Part shown: positions 36,258 to 45,580 of the stretch, piece by piece
Position numbering within the stretch: the stretch's first letter is position 1
How the letters are laid out: each line of letters starts with the position of its first letter
IMG/VR virus record: IMGVR_UViG_3300037047_000121
Length of the DNA: 64,000 nt
Origin: a virus
Reading direction: 5' to 3' (one strand)
Program-made: the position numbers and the translations under genes
Notes under the pieces: generated by a model
What the model was told of the DNA's origin: nothing
Database searches by the model: none
Seen by the model: only the letters and a program-made list of their open reading frames with translations

Positions 36258-36534
36258 TCGGGGTAGGATGATCATGCCGTGGGGTCCCGTCGGGAACCGC
36301 CGCGACCGTAACCGAGAGCGCCTTCCATTGCCATGAGGAGCGTGTGGGGCACCGCTGGCGTTCTCGGGGATCTTCTTCGCTGCCGGGGGTAGTGGGGTCG
36401 GCATGGTCCTGCCCCTGGTGGAAACGCGGTGCCATCTCCGAGGGCTCGGCTGCCGGAGCCCTTCAAAGCAACGCTCCACTGGCGCCATCTGCGTACAGGG
36501 GACGGTAATGGTGCCGTCCCCTGTACGGGGTGGA

Positions 36535-36572
36535 TTTACAATCCCTGACAACTCGTTTGAGTTTGGCAATCA
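36535..36572 (+). repeat. orphan degenerate CRISPR-like repeat TTTACAATCCCTGACAACTCGTTTGAGTTTGGCAATCAC
   Basis: Resembles the array 1 repeat (ACAATCCCTG...GTTTGGCAA); about 700 bp beyond the end of array 2 in a 400-bp non-coding gap. Confidence 0.45.
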
Positions 36573-36663
36573 CTGGCGCTTCCAATCGTCTTGGGTCCCC
36601 CGGTAACAGGTCCAGCCCCTCCAGTCAGCTTTTCTGGTAGAACTCGTGAGGAGGGGAACTCTG

Positions 36664-36846
36664 ATGACCAGACAACGCTACCTGCTCGGCACGGCTCTCG
36701 GTGCCGTCCTCGGTGCTGGAATCATCATCGCTGCCCCGGTACTCCTCGGTGGATCCCGAGATCACTTCCTGACTGCTATCGGGATCGCCTGGGGTGCCGC
36801 CATGGGCGCCGTAACAGCCAACCATGTGATGAGCAACCATGCGTAA
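36664..36846 (+). CDS. small membrane protein
   Basis: ATG 36664 after AGGAGGGGAAC; Gly/Ala-rich TM segments; within track ORF 36646..36846. Confidence 0.4.
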   Translation: MTRQRYLLGTALGAVLGAGIIIAAPVLLGGSRDHFLTAIGIAWGAAMGAVTANHVMSNHA

Positions 36847-37081
36847 ACGAAACTGGTGCAACATCTGGGAGTACTTCGGGATCACCCTGATTGTTTTGAC
36901 CTTGCTCATGGGGCCGGTGTTCTTTGGCGGGACACTCCGCATGAACATCCGGTACAAGGAACGGTGCATCGTTGCCTGTCTCGTACGGGGGCAGGGAACC
37001 GGCGAGGCTGTCTCCCGTCCCTTCCGCTGGGAAGGTTGCCAGTGCAAGGGTGCATGGCTGCCCAAGGACAAACTGGAATGA
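36839..37081 (+). CDS. small membrane protein with Cys motif
   Basis: ORF track; ITLIVLTLLMGPVFFGG TM helix. Confidence 0.4.
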   Translation: MRKRNWCNIWEYFGITLIVLTLLMGPVFFGGTLRMNIRYKERCIVACLVRGQGTGEAVSRPFRWEGCQCKGAWLPKDKLE

Positions 37082-37314
37082 ACGTTAAAAACCTCAAGGC
37101 GCTACTGGACACGCTGCCCGATGACACCGAGGTGTGTATCCGAGGTGGCGGGGGCGGTCGGGACGAAGCCTGGATGGATCTCCGTCCCCGGCTGTTCCAG
37201 GAACACAACACGACCGTTCTCTACCTGCAACCCGTCGGGGGACACCGGAATTTCCCCGAGGGCTACCGGAACGTCCAGGAGATCCCAATCCCCGGAGTCC
37301 GATCTGACGGGTAG
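37078..37314 (+). CDS. hypothetical protein
   Basis: ATG 37078 overlapping the upstream stop; in frame with track ORF 36856..37314. Confidence 0.35.
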   Translation: MNVKNLKALLDTLPDDTEVCIRGGGGGRDEAWMDLRPRLFQEHNTTVLYLQPVGGHRNFPEGYRNVQEIPIPGVRSDG

Positions 37315-37350
37315 GGTGAGACGGACAAGGTACTCAGAAAAGGTCTGACC

Positions 37351-38121
37351 ATGAAAAAAGGTGAGCCCCTCCACCAAGAATATCACGATCTCCATCTGCC
37401 TTATGATCAGTTTGTGGCTATGCTCAAACTGGCGGTGGGGTTCAAGCTGTGTGATCGAAGCAACGTGTCAGTTACCCCAGATCCGGAGAAATCCAGTTGG
37501 GATTCCTATTGGAGTGACCGCTTCTCGGTCGAGATCTTGGCCTGGGATCTTCGGATCTGGATTCTACGAAGGGAAATGACTGCATTTTGGATGTCTTCCA
37601 CGCCAGAGTTTTTGGCCATGCAGCAGAACAAACTGCTGACGGAGGACCCAGTAGGTCTGTTTGATGAGTTCATTCAGATGCTTCCGCCTGCGGAGACGAC
37701 CCCGCAGGTCGAGCCCTTGGAGAAACTGTGGAGCACGTCTCCTCCAGAGGAGCCCTTGCCGCCGGAGTCCGGTCTTCCGAGACCCGCCCCCCGAACCCCG
37801 GAGGAGATCGTGGCCAGCATCCCCGCGGAACATCTGAAAGGGACTGCTGGGACCGGAATCATCCAGGACTTGTATGCCAAACGTCCCTTGACCCTGTCCC
37901 ATATCAGTGACTTGTTCGCCGTGTTGGAGAAACGGGAGGAGCGGGTCGAGACCCTCAGATTCTCGGAGTCCGACTGGCAGGAGTTGATGGCTGATCCGGA
38001 CACGGAAAAGCAGATGATCGGTGATGCCCTCTGGGCTGCTCAGGTCGAGAAAACGGGCTCCCCAGGGGTTGTGACTGCCCTATCCCGTAGCTGGACGGCA
38101 CATCTCAATCTGGACGAGTAA
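37351..38121 (+). CDS. hypothetical protein
   Basis: ORF track. Confidence 0.5.
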   Translation: MKKGEPLHQEYHDLHLPYDQFVAMLKLAVGFKLCDRSNVSVTPDPEKSSWDSYWSDRFSVEILAWDLRIWILRREMTAFWMSSTPEFLAMQQNKLLTEDPVGLFDEFIQMLPPAETTPQVEPLEKLWSTSPPEEPLPPESGLPRPAPRTPEEIVASIPAEHLKGTAGTGIIQDLYAKRPLTLSHISDLFAVLEKREERVETLRFSESDWQELMADPDTEKQMIGDALWAAQVEKTGSPGVVTALSRSWTAHLNLDE

Positions 38122-38125
38122 AATC

Positions 38126-38347
38126 ATGACTGCCACAGATCGCAAACATCTCCTCGATCATGTCCTGGCCGTTCACCGCTCGCATTTGGATGGACTCCCA
38201 AGATGCGCCTGTGAGTTACCACGCTCTCGGAACATGGGACAAGCAGTCGTGTGCAGTTCATGCTGGGGTGTCGTCCGGGTCAGCTACCCCGTGGACGTTG
38301 CCGCCAAAATGAAAGAAACCACATCCGCGGGAACCTCACCGGCCTAA
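38126..38347 (+). CDS. hypothetical protein
   Basis: ORF track. Confidence 0.4.
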   Translation: MTATDRKHLLDHVLAVHRSHLDGLPRCACELPRSRNMGQAVVCSSCWGVVRVSYPVDVAAKMKETTSAGTSPA

Positions 38348-38482
38348 GTCAAAACTTTGGATAGCGAGTCTCACTAACAAAAGTTCGGTGCCGATCTTTG
38401 GATAGCATACCCACCCCCCTTTAGAGTAGACTCCATTAGAGACACCAGCCGCACCCATGGTTGGAGCGTGAGGGACATGCGC

Positions 38483-38523
38483 GGCAGCATCCCGGTGCGG
38501 CTCTGTTCATTGGGGATGCTGCC
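38483..38523 (+). terminator. hairpin GGCAGCATCCC-N19-GGGATGCTGCC between convergent genes
   Basis: 11-bp perfect stem in the lower-GC gap 38350-38580; candidate bidirectional terminator. Confidence 0.4.
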
Positions 38524-38584
38524 CCTTTCCGGGCCCGTCCCGAAGCAAACCGTTCTCATCCTACCCTTTCAGAGACGCTTGTGA

Positions 38585-39610
38585 TCAGGCGGCGGTCTCT
38601 TCGTCTTCCATGATGGCGCCCAGGACTTTCATGAATTCGGCGGGGGACATCCCCTTCATACGCTCTTTGGTCTCGGGCTTGGCATTCGCGAGGAACTCTT
38701 TCATCAACTGAGCGTCGGTCTTCTTGACACCACCCTTCGCAGGCTTTTTCTTGCGGTAGGCACGTACCTCATCGGCATCGTCATCCGTCAGCTTGTGCTT
38801 GTCCATGACCTCAGTCACAGCCTTCGGGTACTTCTTCTGGTAGGACTTGGCCGGAGCTTTGGGTTTGCTAGGTTTCCGCTCTGGCTTCGGAGCCTCTTTG
38901 GGCTCGTTCTGGGCATGCTTGGTCAATTCGCTTTTTAGCTTATTGCTCTCGGAGCGTGCCTTCTGTTTGGCCGCAGCGTGAAAATCTATCGTTTGCGCGC
39001 TGTACTCTAAGTCTCGTGCAAGTTCTCGGAATTCCCCACCTAAATTCTCCAGCCCATAACTTTTTCCTGCTACAGTGCCAACGGCTAACAGGGGGCGATA
39101 AGAACTCGGCTGGGAGATCACGGATACCTTTGCTTGGTTAAACCCGATAGGCAGATGTGCCTTGTAGATCTTTTCCGCCGTAACCTTGGAGAGCGTCTCC
39201 TGCAGGTTTTTTTGTCTTGTGTCATAAGACTTAGTAGCCTTGTCGAAATTTGTCTCCGCCCGTTTCAGCTTTTGGTCTTCGAGTTCTTTCTGTTTTTTCA
39301 GAGCCTCGCCCTTCGACTTCCACTCGGCGTGGGCCTTTTCAAACTTCTTGCCCCTCAAACCGGAGTCCTGAGGCGCTTTCTCCCCCTGCTGCGGTGCGCC
39401 GGGTTTCTCAGGGGTACCGGGTTTATCCGTAGTGGATGGAGCCACGTGGTGCTTTTTCGGATCAGCTTTCGGATGCTCCTTCAGGTATTTTTGGAGTGCC
39501 TCCTCTGTATAGAACTCAATCGCCGTTTTCTGGAGGATCGGGACGAGGTGTTTCCGAAGCTCGGGGACTTCATGAGCGAGCCGGATCAGTTTATCGCGCA
39601 AGTTGTCCAT
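38585..39610 (-). CDS. Lys-rich hypothetical protein (minus-strand island, 341 aa)
   Basis: ORF track; KPxAPAK / PEKPG low-complexity basic stretches. Confidence 0.55.
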   Translation of the reverse strand: MDNLRDKLIRLAHEVPELRKHLVPILQKTAIEFYTEEALQKYLKEHPKADPKKHHVAPSTTDKPGTPEKPGAPQQGEKAPQDSGLRGKKFEKAHAEWKSKGEALKKQKELEDQKLKRAETNFDKATKSYDTRQKNLQETLSKVTAEKIYKAHLPIGFNQAKVSVISQPSSYRPLLAVGTVAGKSYGLENLGGEFRELARDLEYSAQTIDFHAAAKQKARSESNKLKSELTKHAQNEPKEAPKPERKPSKPKAPAKSYQKKYPKAVTEVMDKHKLTDDDADEVRAYRKKKPAKGGVKKTDAQLMKEFLANAKPETKERMKGMSPAEFMKVLGAIMEDEETAA

Positions 39611-39663
39611 CTGGATGTCCTTTCATCGGGTCCTGACCAAAGCGTCCTCATAAATGAAAAAAC

Positions 39664-39691
39664 GGGATCATTTCCGGCGTCCCCTGAGTAG
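39664..39691 (+). promoter_or_regulatory. GGGATCAT-N14-GAGTAG promoter-like motif
   Basis: Motif copy; downstream ATG 39735. Confidence 0.45.
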
Positions 39692-39734
39692 TCAGTACGT
39701 AAGGGGCAGCGCCCCTCGGGAAAAGGAACTTAGG

Positions 39735-39974
39735 ATGAGCCGCCACACGCACTTCCCGGTTTCGATCAGCCTGCGGGGCAAGACCGACTCGGTCGACATC
39801 GAGTGCCAGTGCGGCGCGCTCGAAGCATTCGCCGTCTGGCACACGGAGATGCCGAAGGGCTGGTCGAAGCGGGTCTGGTGGCCGACGATGCAGGCGGCAC
39901 GGGCACTCCTGAACGCCCGGCAGGAGTTCAACAGGGTGCCGAGGATCGAGCGTTACTTCACGCACCGGCCGTAA
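39735..39974 (+). CDS. hypothetical protein
   Basis: ATG 39735 after AAAGGAACTTAGG; within track ORF 39654..39974. Confidence 0.4.
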   Translation: MSRHTHFPVSISLRGKTDSVDIECQCGALEAFAVWHTEMPKGWSKRVWWPTMQAARALLNARQEFNRVPRIERYFTHRP

Positions 39975-40161
39975 CGGAGCAGGGGGATGGACATCGTCAG
40001 GGACATCAGGTGCGTGGTCGCAGTGATGTCCCTGAGGGTATTCAGTTCCCTGACTTCGAGGATTGTGCGAAACCTGTGGGAAACGTCGAACTGGTGCCTG
40101 AACCACCGGAGCCCAAAGACGATCCGGCGGCTGCGCGAGGAGTGACTTCGTAGCCTGTGAT

Positions 40162-40189
40162 GGGATCATTCTCTGCCAGGACTGAGTAG
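40162..40189 (+). promoter_or_regulatory. GGGATCAT-N14-GAGTAG promoter-like motif
   Basis: Motif copy; downstream ATG 40215. Confidence 0.45.
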
Positions 40190-40214
40190 TCAAGGTACAA
40201 GGAGGACCTTTCAG

Positions 40215-40394
40215 ATGTTTTACTACGACGACCCAGCACCGATGTCGCCCGAAAACCGCTACTGGTTCGAGCAGGAGGCCGAACGAAAGCGTGAGGAGCG
40301 CCGGGAGCGTCGTCGCAAGGCGCTGCCCTGGGTTCTCCTGGGTGTGGTGGTCGTTTCCCTGGGCGCCTATCTGGGCACCGTGCTCGCGGGGTGA
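40215..40394 (+). CDS. small membrane protein (59 aa; below track size cutoff)
   Basis: AAGGAGGACC RBS 7 nt before ATG; product MFYYDDPAPMSPENRYWFEQEAERKREERRERRRKALPWVLLGVVVVSLGAYLGTVLAG. Confidence 0.4.
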   Translation: MFYYDDPAPMSPENRYWFEQEAERKREERRERRRKALPWVLLGVVVVSLGAYLGTVLAG

Positions 40395-40398
40395 AATC

Positions 40399-40689
40399 AT
40401 GAAGCACTACGCCTTCAAGTGGCACGGGGAACGGCGCCTGGACGCCCACAAGGCGCTCCGGAAGGTGTACCCGCACCTGGGGCTGCGGGACGCCTTCGAG
40501 ACCGTTCAGACGGGGTTCCTCACAATCGAGGCGGGGGACGAGCAGCGCCTCGTGGAAGCGGGGTTCGGCCTCCGCGAAGTGTTCGGGTACAAGGTTCACA
40601 GCCGTCCCATCGTGGACGGGTTCGGTGAGGAACGAGGAGCCATCGTCTGGGGCGAAGAGGTTCTCCACACCTTCGGAAAGGGTGCCTGA
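40399..40689 (+). CDS. hypothetical protein
   Basis: ATG 40399 within track ORF 40291..40689. Confidence 0.45.
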   Translation: MKHYAFKWHGERRLDAHKALRKVYPHLGLRDAFETVQTGFLTIEAGDEQRLVEAGFGLREVFGYKVHSRPIVDGFGEERGAIVWGEEVLHTFGKGA

Positions 40690-40913
40690 TGATTCTCAAG
40701 ATGACAACGATCAGGGTCGAGGACATTCAGCCTCCGACCTACTTCAACATCGCCCAGTCGAATCTCAAGGGCAAGCGGCGCAAGCACTTCAGCGCCCGGG
40801 TCGGGCAGGCGATGTTCCGGGTGACCGAGGAGTTCTCGGACGGCAACGTGCGGGTCGTGCACGACGGATCCAACGCCGAGGACGCCGTCGCCGCCTACAA
40901 CGCGCTGGTCTAG
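40689..40913 (+). CDS. hypothetical protein
   Basis: ORF track. Confidence 0.4.
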   Translation: MILKMTTIRVEDIQPPTYFNIAQSNLKGKRRKHFSARVGQAMFRVTEEFSDGNVRVVHDGSNAEDAVAAYNALV

Positions 40914-40951
40914 CGGACACGGGCGCATCGTCCCCCAGGAAAGGTTGAGCT

Positions 40952-41338
40952 ATGAGTAAGTACGCAAACGAGCAGGCCCAGCTTCGTACCCCCGAGTGCG
41001 CCTGCTGGTCATGGATCATTCTGGATCAGGCGGTACCACTGGCGCTCAAGGCGGCAGCAGAGGGGGACACGAGCCACCAGTTCTACCCGGAACACGCCCC
41101 GACCGTCGTGCTCGCCCTGCTGACGGACGGGCCCGACTGGGTACTGAAGCTCCGCGAGCAGCGGCTCCGGTGGTTCCGCTTCAACTTCGACCGCGACAAG
41201 CGCAGCGGCAGGGACTTCGGCCTCGGGAACATGCCGCAGTACGTCAAAGACGCCGTCATGGCGACGGTCGTCCCCGAGGACTGGGATTTCGACGCTTACT
41301 GGCAGAGCCGTGTGCAGGCAGCCCTCAGCAACGGATAG
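40952..41338 (+). CDS. hypothetical protein
   Basis: ORF track. Confidence 0.5.
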   Translation: MSKYANEQAQLRTPECACWSWIILDQAVPLALKAAAEGDTSHQFYPEHAPTVVLALLTDGPDWVLKLREQRLRWFRFNFDRDKRSGRDFGLGNMPQYVKDAVMATVVPEDWDFDAYWQSRVQAALSNG

Positions 41339-41505
41339 GGGACGAGAATGGAGCTACTCTCCCAGTTGTGCTCATGGTTCCTGGTGCTGGGCGTCGCGGT
41401 CACGTTGGGCGGTGTCCTCTGGGACGCCACTTCGGATCTCCTGACAGAGAGAAAACAGCGGCGGCGGACGGCGAGAAACTCGTCCCAATGCGGAAACGGA
41501 GCAAA

Positions 41506-41892
41506 ATGATGACCCAGGACTTCGTGGCCAATGAGTCGACCCGCCTCGAACAGGGCGGGATGGGGTATCTCCAGTTCCACGCCGCTGTCGCCTGGATCCG
41601 TTCCTGGCTGACAGACATCGGCGTGACTTTCAAGGAGCAGGGAGACCTGGGCTGGGTCGCCCCCGTGCTCTGGGAAATCTCGGACGAGGAGGGGCTCCCG
41701 TTCTGGATCTCGTTCGACCTCAAATCGGTCGGACACCTGCTGTACTCGATCGACAAGGACGCGTGGAACGGGATGGACGTGACGTTCTACCCGCCCACCA
41801 AGGAAACGCGGTGGGACATGCTGCTCCGGCGCATTCGAAAAATGCGGGAGTACGGGCCGAACAAGCCCATCCGACGGCTGAACGGGAGATAG
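41506..41892 (+). CDS. hypothetical protein
   Basis: Internal ATG of track ORF 40996..41892 (MMTQDFVANEST...); the upstream part of that ORF is an Arg/Gly-rich off-frame read. Confidence 0.45.
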   Translation: MMTQDFVANESTRLEQGGMGYLQFHAAVAWIRSWLTDIGVTFKEQGDLGWVAPVLWEISDEEGLPFWISFDLKSVGHLLYSIDKDAWNGMDVTFYPPTKETRWDMLLRRIRKMREYGPNKPIRRLNGR

Positions 41893-41896
41893 GTCA

Positions 41897-42229
41897 ATGA
41901 CCCCGGAATTCCGAGAACTCGAACAGCGGGCGCGAGACCTGAAATCCCAGTTCGAATCCGCGGTGGCCGTGCTCACCCGGAAGCGTCGGGAGTGCCGCCA
42001 CGTATGGGACGACCCGAACGGGAAGTACACGCCCGAAGTGCGTGAAGCCTACACCCTCCCGGGAGATCCGCCTGGGACAATGGGTGTCGACTGGCGGGGG
42101 CCCTGTTACGTACCCCGCCAGTCGACACCCAGGTGGTCGAGGACGTGCAAAACCTGCGGGTTCGTCGAACAGACGGCTCAGACCCGCGAACAGGTCATCA
42201 AGCACCCGGTGTTCGGAGGTGGGCGGTAA
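41897..42229 (+). CDS. hypothetical protein
   Basis: ORF track. Confidence 0.45.
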   Translation: MTPEFRELEQRARDLKSQFESAVAVLTRKRRECRHVWDDPNGKYTPEVREAYTLPGDPPGTMGVDWRGPCYVPRQSTPRWSRTCKTCGFVEQTAQTREQVIKHPVFGGGR

Positions 42230-42522
42230 TGGACACCACCGAGTTCCTGCTCCGTCTGTCCGGCACAACCCCGACGGAGTTCAATCCGCATCCCGGGCTG
42301 ACCCCCATGGCCATGCTGGCTGGGCTTGACTATTTCAGGGGGTTCGTGCCCCGGACGCAGGCGGAACAGCGGCTGGTGTTCTGTATTCCGGCCATGCTGG
42401 AGCAGGAATTTACGGACGAGCAGTACCGGGCGTTCCGTGAGGCACTCTACGAGGTGCATCTGGAGCAGGGATTCAAATCCGAGGACCTGCTGGACTACTT
42501 CCCGGACATCATGAGGCACTAA
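42229..42522 (+). CDS. hypothetical protein
   Basis: ATG 42229 overlapping stop (TAATG); within track ORF 42133..42522. Confidence 0.45.
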   Translation: MDTTEFLLRLSGTTPTEFNPHPGLTPMAMLAGLDYFRGFVPRTQAEQRLVFCIPAMLEQEFTDEQYRAFREALYEVHLEQGFKSEDLLDYFPDIMRH

Positions 42523-42716
42523 TGAGCCACATCAGCCTGCCGGTTTCGTACCCCACGTCGGGACCAAGCACGCCGAACTCCCGGGAACGCCGATACCTCA
42601 AAAGACGGCTCGCCCGCGCGATGCGGCGCTGGTCAAAACAGGATCCCGAGAACGTCCCCCGTCGTCGGGTCAACTACGGGTACTGGTGATCCAGTCCGAC
42701 ATTTGCTAGCCATGCT

Positions 42717-42744
42717 GGGATCATTTCCCCCCGTCCCCGAGTAG
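42717..42744 (+). promoter_or_regulatory. GGGATCAT-N14-GAGTAG promoter-like motif
   Basis: Motif copy; downstream ATG 42768. Confidence 0.45.
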
Positions 42745-42767
42745 TTCTGTTGTAAGGGGAGGAACCA

Positions 42768-42971
42768 ATGGTCACCGTCACGCTCAAGCTGAACCGCGAC
42801 CCGCTGAAAAAGATCGGTGGTGGAGCCGCCGAGGCTCCGATCGGGAACGTGACGGAGATGATCACGCTGGAAATCCCGACCGAGGACGCCGTGCGCCACG
42901 GGCTCATCGAGGAGGAGTCGCGCGAGGACCTGTACGCCCGGCTGTTCGGGTCGGAGGAGGTGACGAGATGA
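42768..42971 (+). CDS. hypothetical protein
   Basis: ORF track; RBS AAGGGGAGGAAC. Confidence 0.45.
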   Translation: MVTVTLKLNRDPLKKIGGGAAEAPIGNVTEMITLEIPTEDAVRHGLIEEESREDLYARLFGSEEVTR

Positions 42972-43201
42972 ACGCCAAGTTCAAGTTCGAGAACAAGGGC
43001 TTCTCCGGCCGCGGAGAGGGACGTCGCCTGTACCTCGTGTTCTCGTGGGGGATCGCGAAAACCCTGGGCTACGTCGAGGGGGGCAAGGGTGTGTGGCGCT
43101 GGGAAACGTTCGGCGCCGGGGCGACCCGTTCCAAGGAAGCGTTCGCAACCAGAACGCTGGCGGCTGAAGAACTGGAGCGGATCGTCAAAGCGGGATCGTA
43201 A
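42968..43201 (+). CDS. hypothetical protein
   Basis: ORF track. Confidence 0.45.
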   Translation: MNAKFKFENKGFSGRGEGRRLYLVFSWGIAKTLGYVEGGKGVWRWETFGAGATRSKEAFATRTLAAEELERIVKAGS

Positions 43202-43214
43202 ACCGACGTCCGCT

Positions 43215-43242
43215 GGGATCATTTCGGCCTGACCCAGAGTAG
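43215..43242 (+). promoter_or_regulatory. GGGATCAT-N14-GAGTAG promoter-like motif
   Basis: Motif copy; downstream ATG 43267. Confidence 0.45.
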
Positions 43243-43266
43243 TCCTCATGTAAGGAGGACAGGATC

Positions 43267-43830
43267 ATGACGAAGATCACGTTCAAGCGCGCGAAGGAGA
43301 TCGGGGGCTACAAGGTGTTCATGCACTTCGCCCCCGTCAGTTCCGACCCGGTGCAGATCGGGTTCGTGTTCCACAACCCGGAGGGCAAGGGCTGGGTCTC
43401 GGTCGGCCTGATGGGCACGTTCGAGACCCGGTACGAGGTCGGCCGGGCGCTCGTGGCCACCTACTTCGCTCCGCTCATCAAGCAGGCCCAGGCCGGGTGC
43501 CGCAAGCGGGGGGACCTCCGCCGCCCGAAGCGCACCCTGCTGCCGAACGTGGCCGAGGACATCTACGACATGCTGGTGAACGTCCTCCAGGCGCCCAACG
43601 GTTACGGCGACCACGCGAGTTTCCGTCACGACCAGACCAGCAAGGACCCGGCCTATGAGTGGCGGTTCCAGGGCTGCCTGGGTTTCGGGGGCAAGTTCTA
43701 CAACGAGGAGGACGGGTTCCGGGTTACGTGCTACCCCGAAGACGAGACCCCGGAGAACCAGTGGCTGATGGCCCTCGCCCAGCAGCAGCTCGACCGAATC
43801 TTCATCTCCCTGACCAACGCGGGACAGTAA
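43267..43830 (+). CDS. hypothetical protein
   Basis: ORF track; RBS TAAGGAGGAC. Confidence 0.55.
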   Translation: MTKITFKRAKEIGGYKVFMHFAPVSSDPVQIGFVFHNPEGKGWVSVGLMGTFETRYEVGRALVATYFAPLIKQAQAGCRKRGDLRRPKRTLLPNVAEDIYDMLVNVLQAPNGYGDHASFRHDQTSKDPAYEWRFQGCLGFGGKFYNEEDGFRVTCYPEDETPENQWLMALAQQQLDRIFISLTNAGQ

Positions 43831-43865
43831 AGTCCGGGTGTAACCAGAGGGAAAGGATCACACCG

Positions 43866-44078
43866 ATGCAGGTTTCGCAGCCCGGTAACGCGACGCAGAT
43901 CGACCTGTCCGCCCCCGAGTGCGAACGGCTCACCCGCGCGCTCACCCTGGCAATGCGGAGCGAGGACTCGACGGACGAGGATCACCTCTTCTGCGGACTG
44001 CTCCGCGCCAAGCTGAACGTTCACCTCGACACGCTGTGCCGGGAGACCTGCTACGTACGGCAGCTTCCGGAACTGTAG
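43866..44078 (+). CDS. hypothetical protein
   Basis: Internal ATG of track ORF 43659..44078. Confidence 0.35.
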   Translation: MQVSQPGNATQIDLSAPECERLTRALTLAMRSEDSTDEDHLFCGLLRAKLNVHLDTLCRETCYVRQLPEL

Positions 44079-44144
44079 GGGGTCAATTCGGCCACGGCAT
44101 CCTGATACTCGACTCCTTTCTCGTTTTCTGCTACCCTGCGGTGT

Positions 44145-44447
44145 ATGAGAGAAAACGAGACCCCCACATCAGACGACGAAACCCGGTGGGCGGAGGAATC
44201 CGCCAAACAGAGTGAGATCCAGGCACAACACGACCCGATCTGTTTCCTCCAGTCAGAAGACCTTGACACGCTCCCCGAATTCTACACACAATGTACAGAT
44301 GACGACGTGATCAGGTGGTTTTGGTCTCGGAAGGGTAAAGATGAGTCGGAGCTTCAAAAAAGTCGCCGTAAAAGCACAATGTTTCGGTTCCGACCCAAAA
44401 ACCGGAAAACTCGTCACGTCCCGTCAGATCCGCCGACGGATCTCTAA
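44145..44447 (+). CDS. hypothetical protein (lower-GC region; 3' end overlaps next ORF)
   Basis: ORF track. Confidence 0.3.
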   Translation: MRENETPTSDDETRWAEESAKQSEIQAQHDPICFLQSEDLDTLPEFYTQCTDDDVIRWFWSRKGKDESELQKSRRKSTMFRFRPKNRKTRHVPSDPPTDL

Positions 44448-44631
44448 CTGGGAGCACCAAGCCGTTTCTGACCCCGAGATGGAACCCCCTGGACACGTTC
44501 AAGACGTCAACCGAGGCAACAAAGGATCCAAAGACCCGGACTACGGCTGGGTCTATTGGGGGGACGGGTACATCCGGTCTTATCGTACCCGCTGGCTGAC
44601 TCATTTCCGGGAAAAAGATTTCCGAAAATAG
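44341..44631 (+). CDS. hypothetical basic protein (lower-GC region)
   Basis: ORF track. Confidence 0.3.
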   Translation: MSRSFKKVAVKAQCFGSDPKTGKLVTSRQIRRRISNWEHQAVSDPEMEPPGHVQDVNRGNKGSKDPDYGWVYWGDGYIRSYRTRWLTHFREKDFRK

Positions 44632-44664
44632 GTGTGAACGAGTAGGACATGCCGGAGGGTCCCA

Positions 44665-45231
44665 ATGTCCCGACGGCAGGCTACGCAGACTCAGATCTCG
44701 TCTGAAGTCAATACGACGGAGGACGCTGTCGCGGTTAACTCTGCTGCAACGCTAGCTCATCTGTTCGGATTCATCCAACCGAGCGCTACGCTGCCCGAGA
44801 CGCTACGCTTGCTCCGGGACATGGGACCCTCTTTGGAGATCCTGCTGCGGGTCAAAAACAGCATCCCCATGGCATGGCGGTTCCACCACGAGGAGATCGC
44901 CACCCAGGCCGTATACATTCGGATGATAGGGGAACGTGATCTGGAACAGATCATGCTGACGTTCACTATCACTCTGCAGCCCAATCGGCTGATTTGCCCT
45001 ACGATCAGCGCCTCCTTGTACCAGTCGAATGGCAAGAACCGGATGAAACGGATAGGTCCAAGGTTCCACCTTGATCCATCCGAGGAAACGGATCTGACGG
45101 GGTGGATCTCTTGGGCATCCTCCGTTCTGGACGGGAATCAACCTGAGAAACGGCCTACGATGATCTCCATCAAACAGGAGATTGACGATCCGACCCCTAC
45201 GGAGAGCTTGTCTGATATCTGGAGGTTCTAG
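44665..45231 (+). CDS. hypothetical protein
   Basis: ORF track. Confidence 0.5.
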   Translation: MSRRQATQTQISSEVNTTEDAVAVNSAATLAHLFGFIQPSATLPETLRLLRDMGPSLEILLRVKNSIPMAWRFHHEEIATQAVYIRMIGERDLEQIMLTFTITLQPNRLICPTISASLYQSNGKNRMKRIGPRFHLDPSEETDLTGWISWASSVLDGNQPEKRPTMISIKQEIDDPTPTESLSDIWRF

Positions 45232-45560
45232 TGGAACGGGATATGGTTCGGTGGCAATGCTGGGAGACGGTGGGCTATAGCCCTATCAACATCCTAATTG
45301 CACATGCCAACTGCTCAGGGTGTCAGCATCCGTTCAACGTTCCCGTGTGGGATGTCATTTACCGCGGGTGGCGGGGTGACCCCGTGTATCTCCACCAGTA
45401 CGATCTGGAGGCGCTGCAATTTCATCTGAATCCGGAACAATGCCCCAGATGCTCCGGCGTCCAGTTGCCCCCGGCTCCGGGAAAAATCTCGCGCACCGAG
45501 ACGGGTGACCTGATCGTCACCCCCGCGGAGGAATCCTGGATCATTCGCACCGTCTCCTGA
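45231..45560 (+). CDS. hypothetical protein
   Basis: ORF track. Confidence 0.45.
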   Translation: MERDMVRWQCWETVGYSPINILIAHANCSGCQHPFNVPVWDVIYRGWRGDPVYLHQYDLEALQFHLNPEQCPRCSGVQLPPAPGKISRTETGDLIVTPAEESWIIRTVS

Positions 45561-45564
45561 GTAG
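45537..45564 (+). promoter_or_regulatory. TGGATCAT-N14-GAGTAG promoter-like motif (variant)
   Basis: Motif copy within the 3' end of the preceding ORF; downstream ATG 45581. Confidence 0.4.
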
Positions 45565-45580
45565 TCCTTACAGGGAGGGT

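Noticed and set aside
39648-42030. Minus-strand ORFs 39648..40400 and 41296..42030
   Set aside because: They overlap several small plus-strand genes that have promoter motifs and RBSs; R/P/G-rich composition; treated as shadow ORFs.
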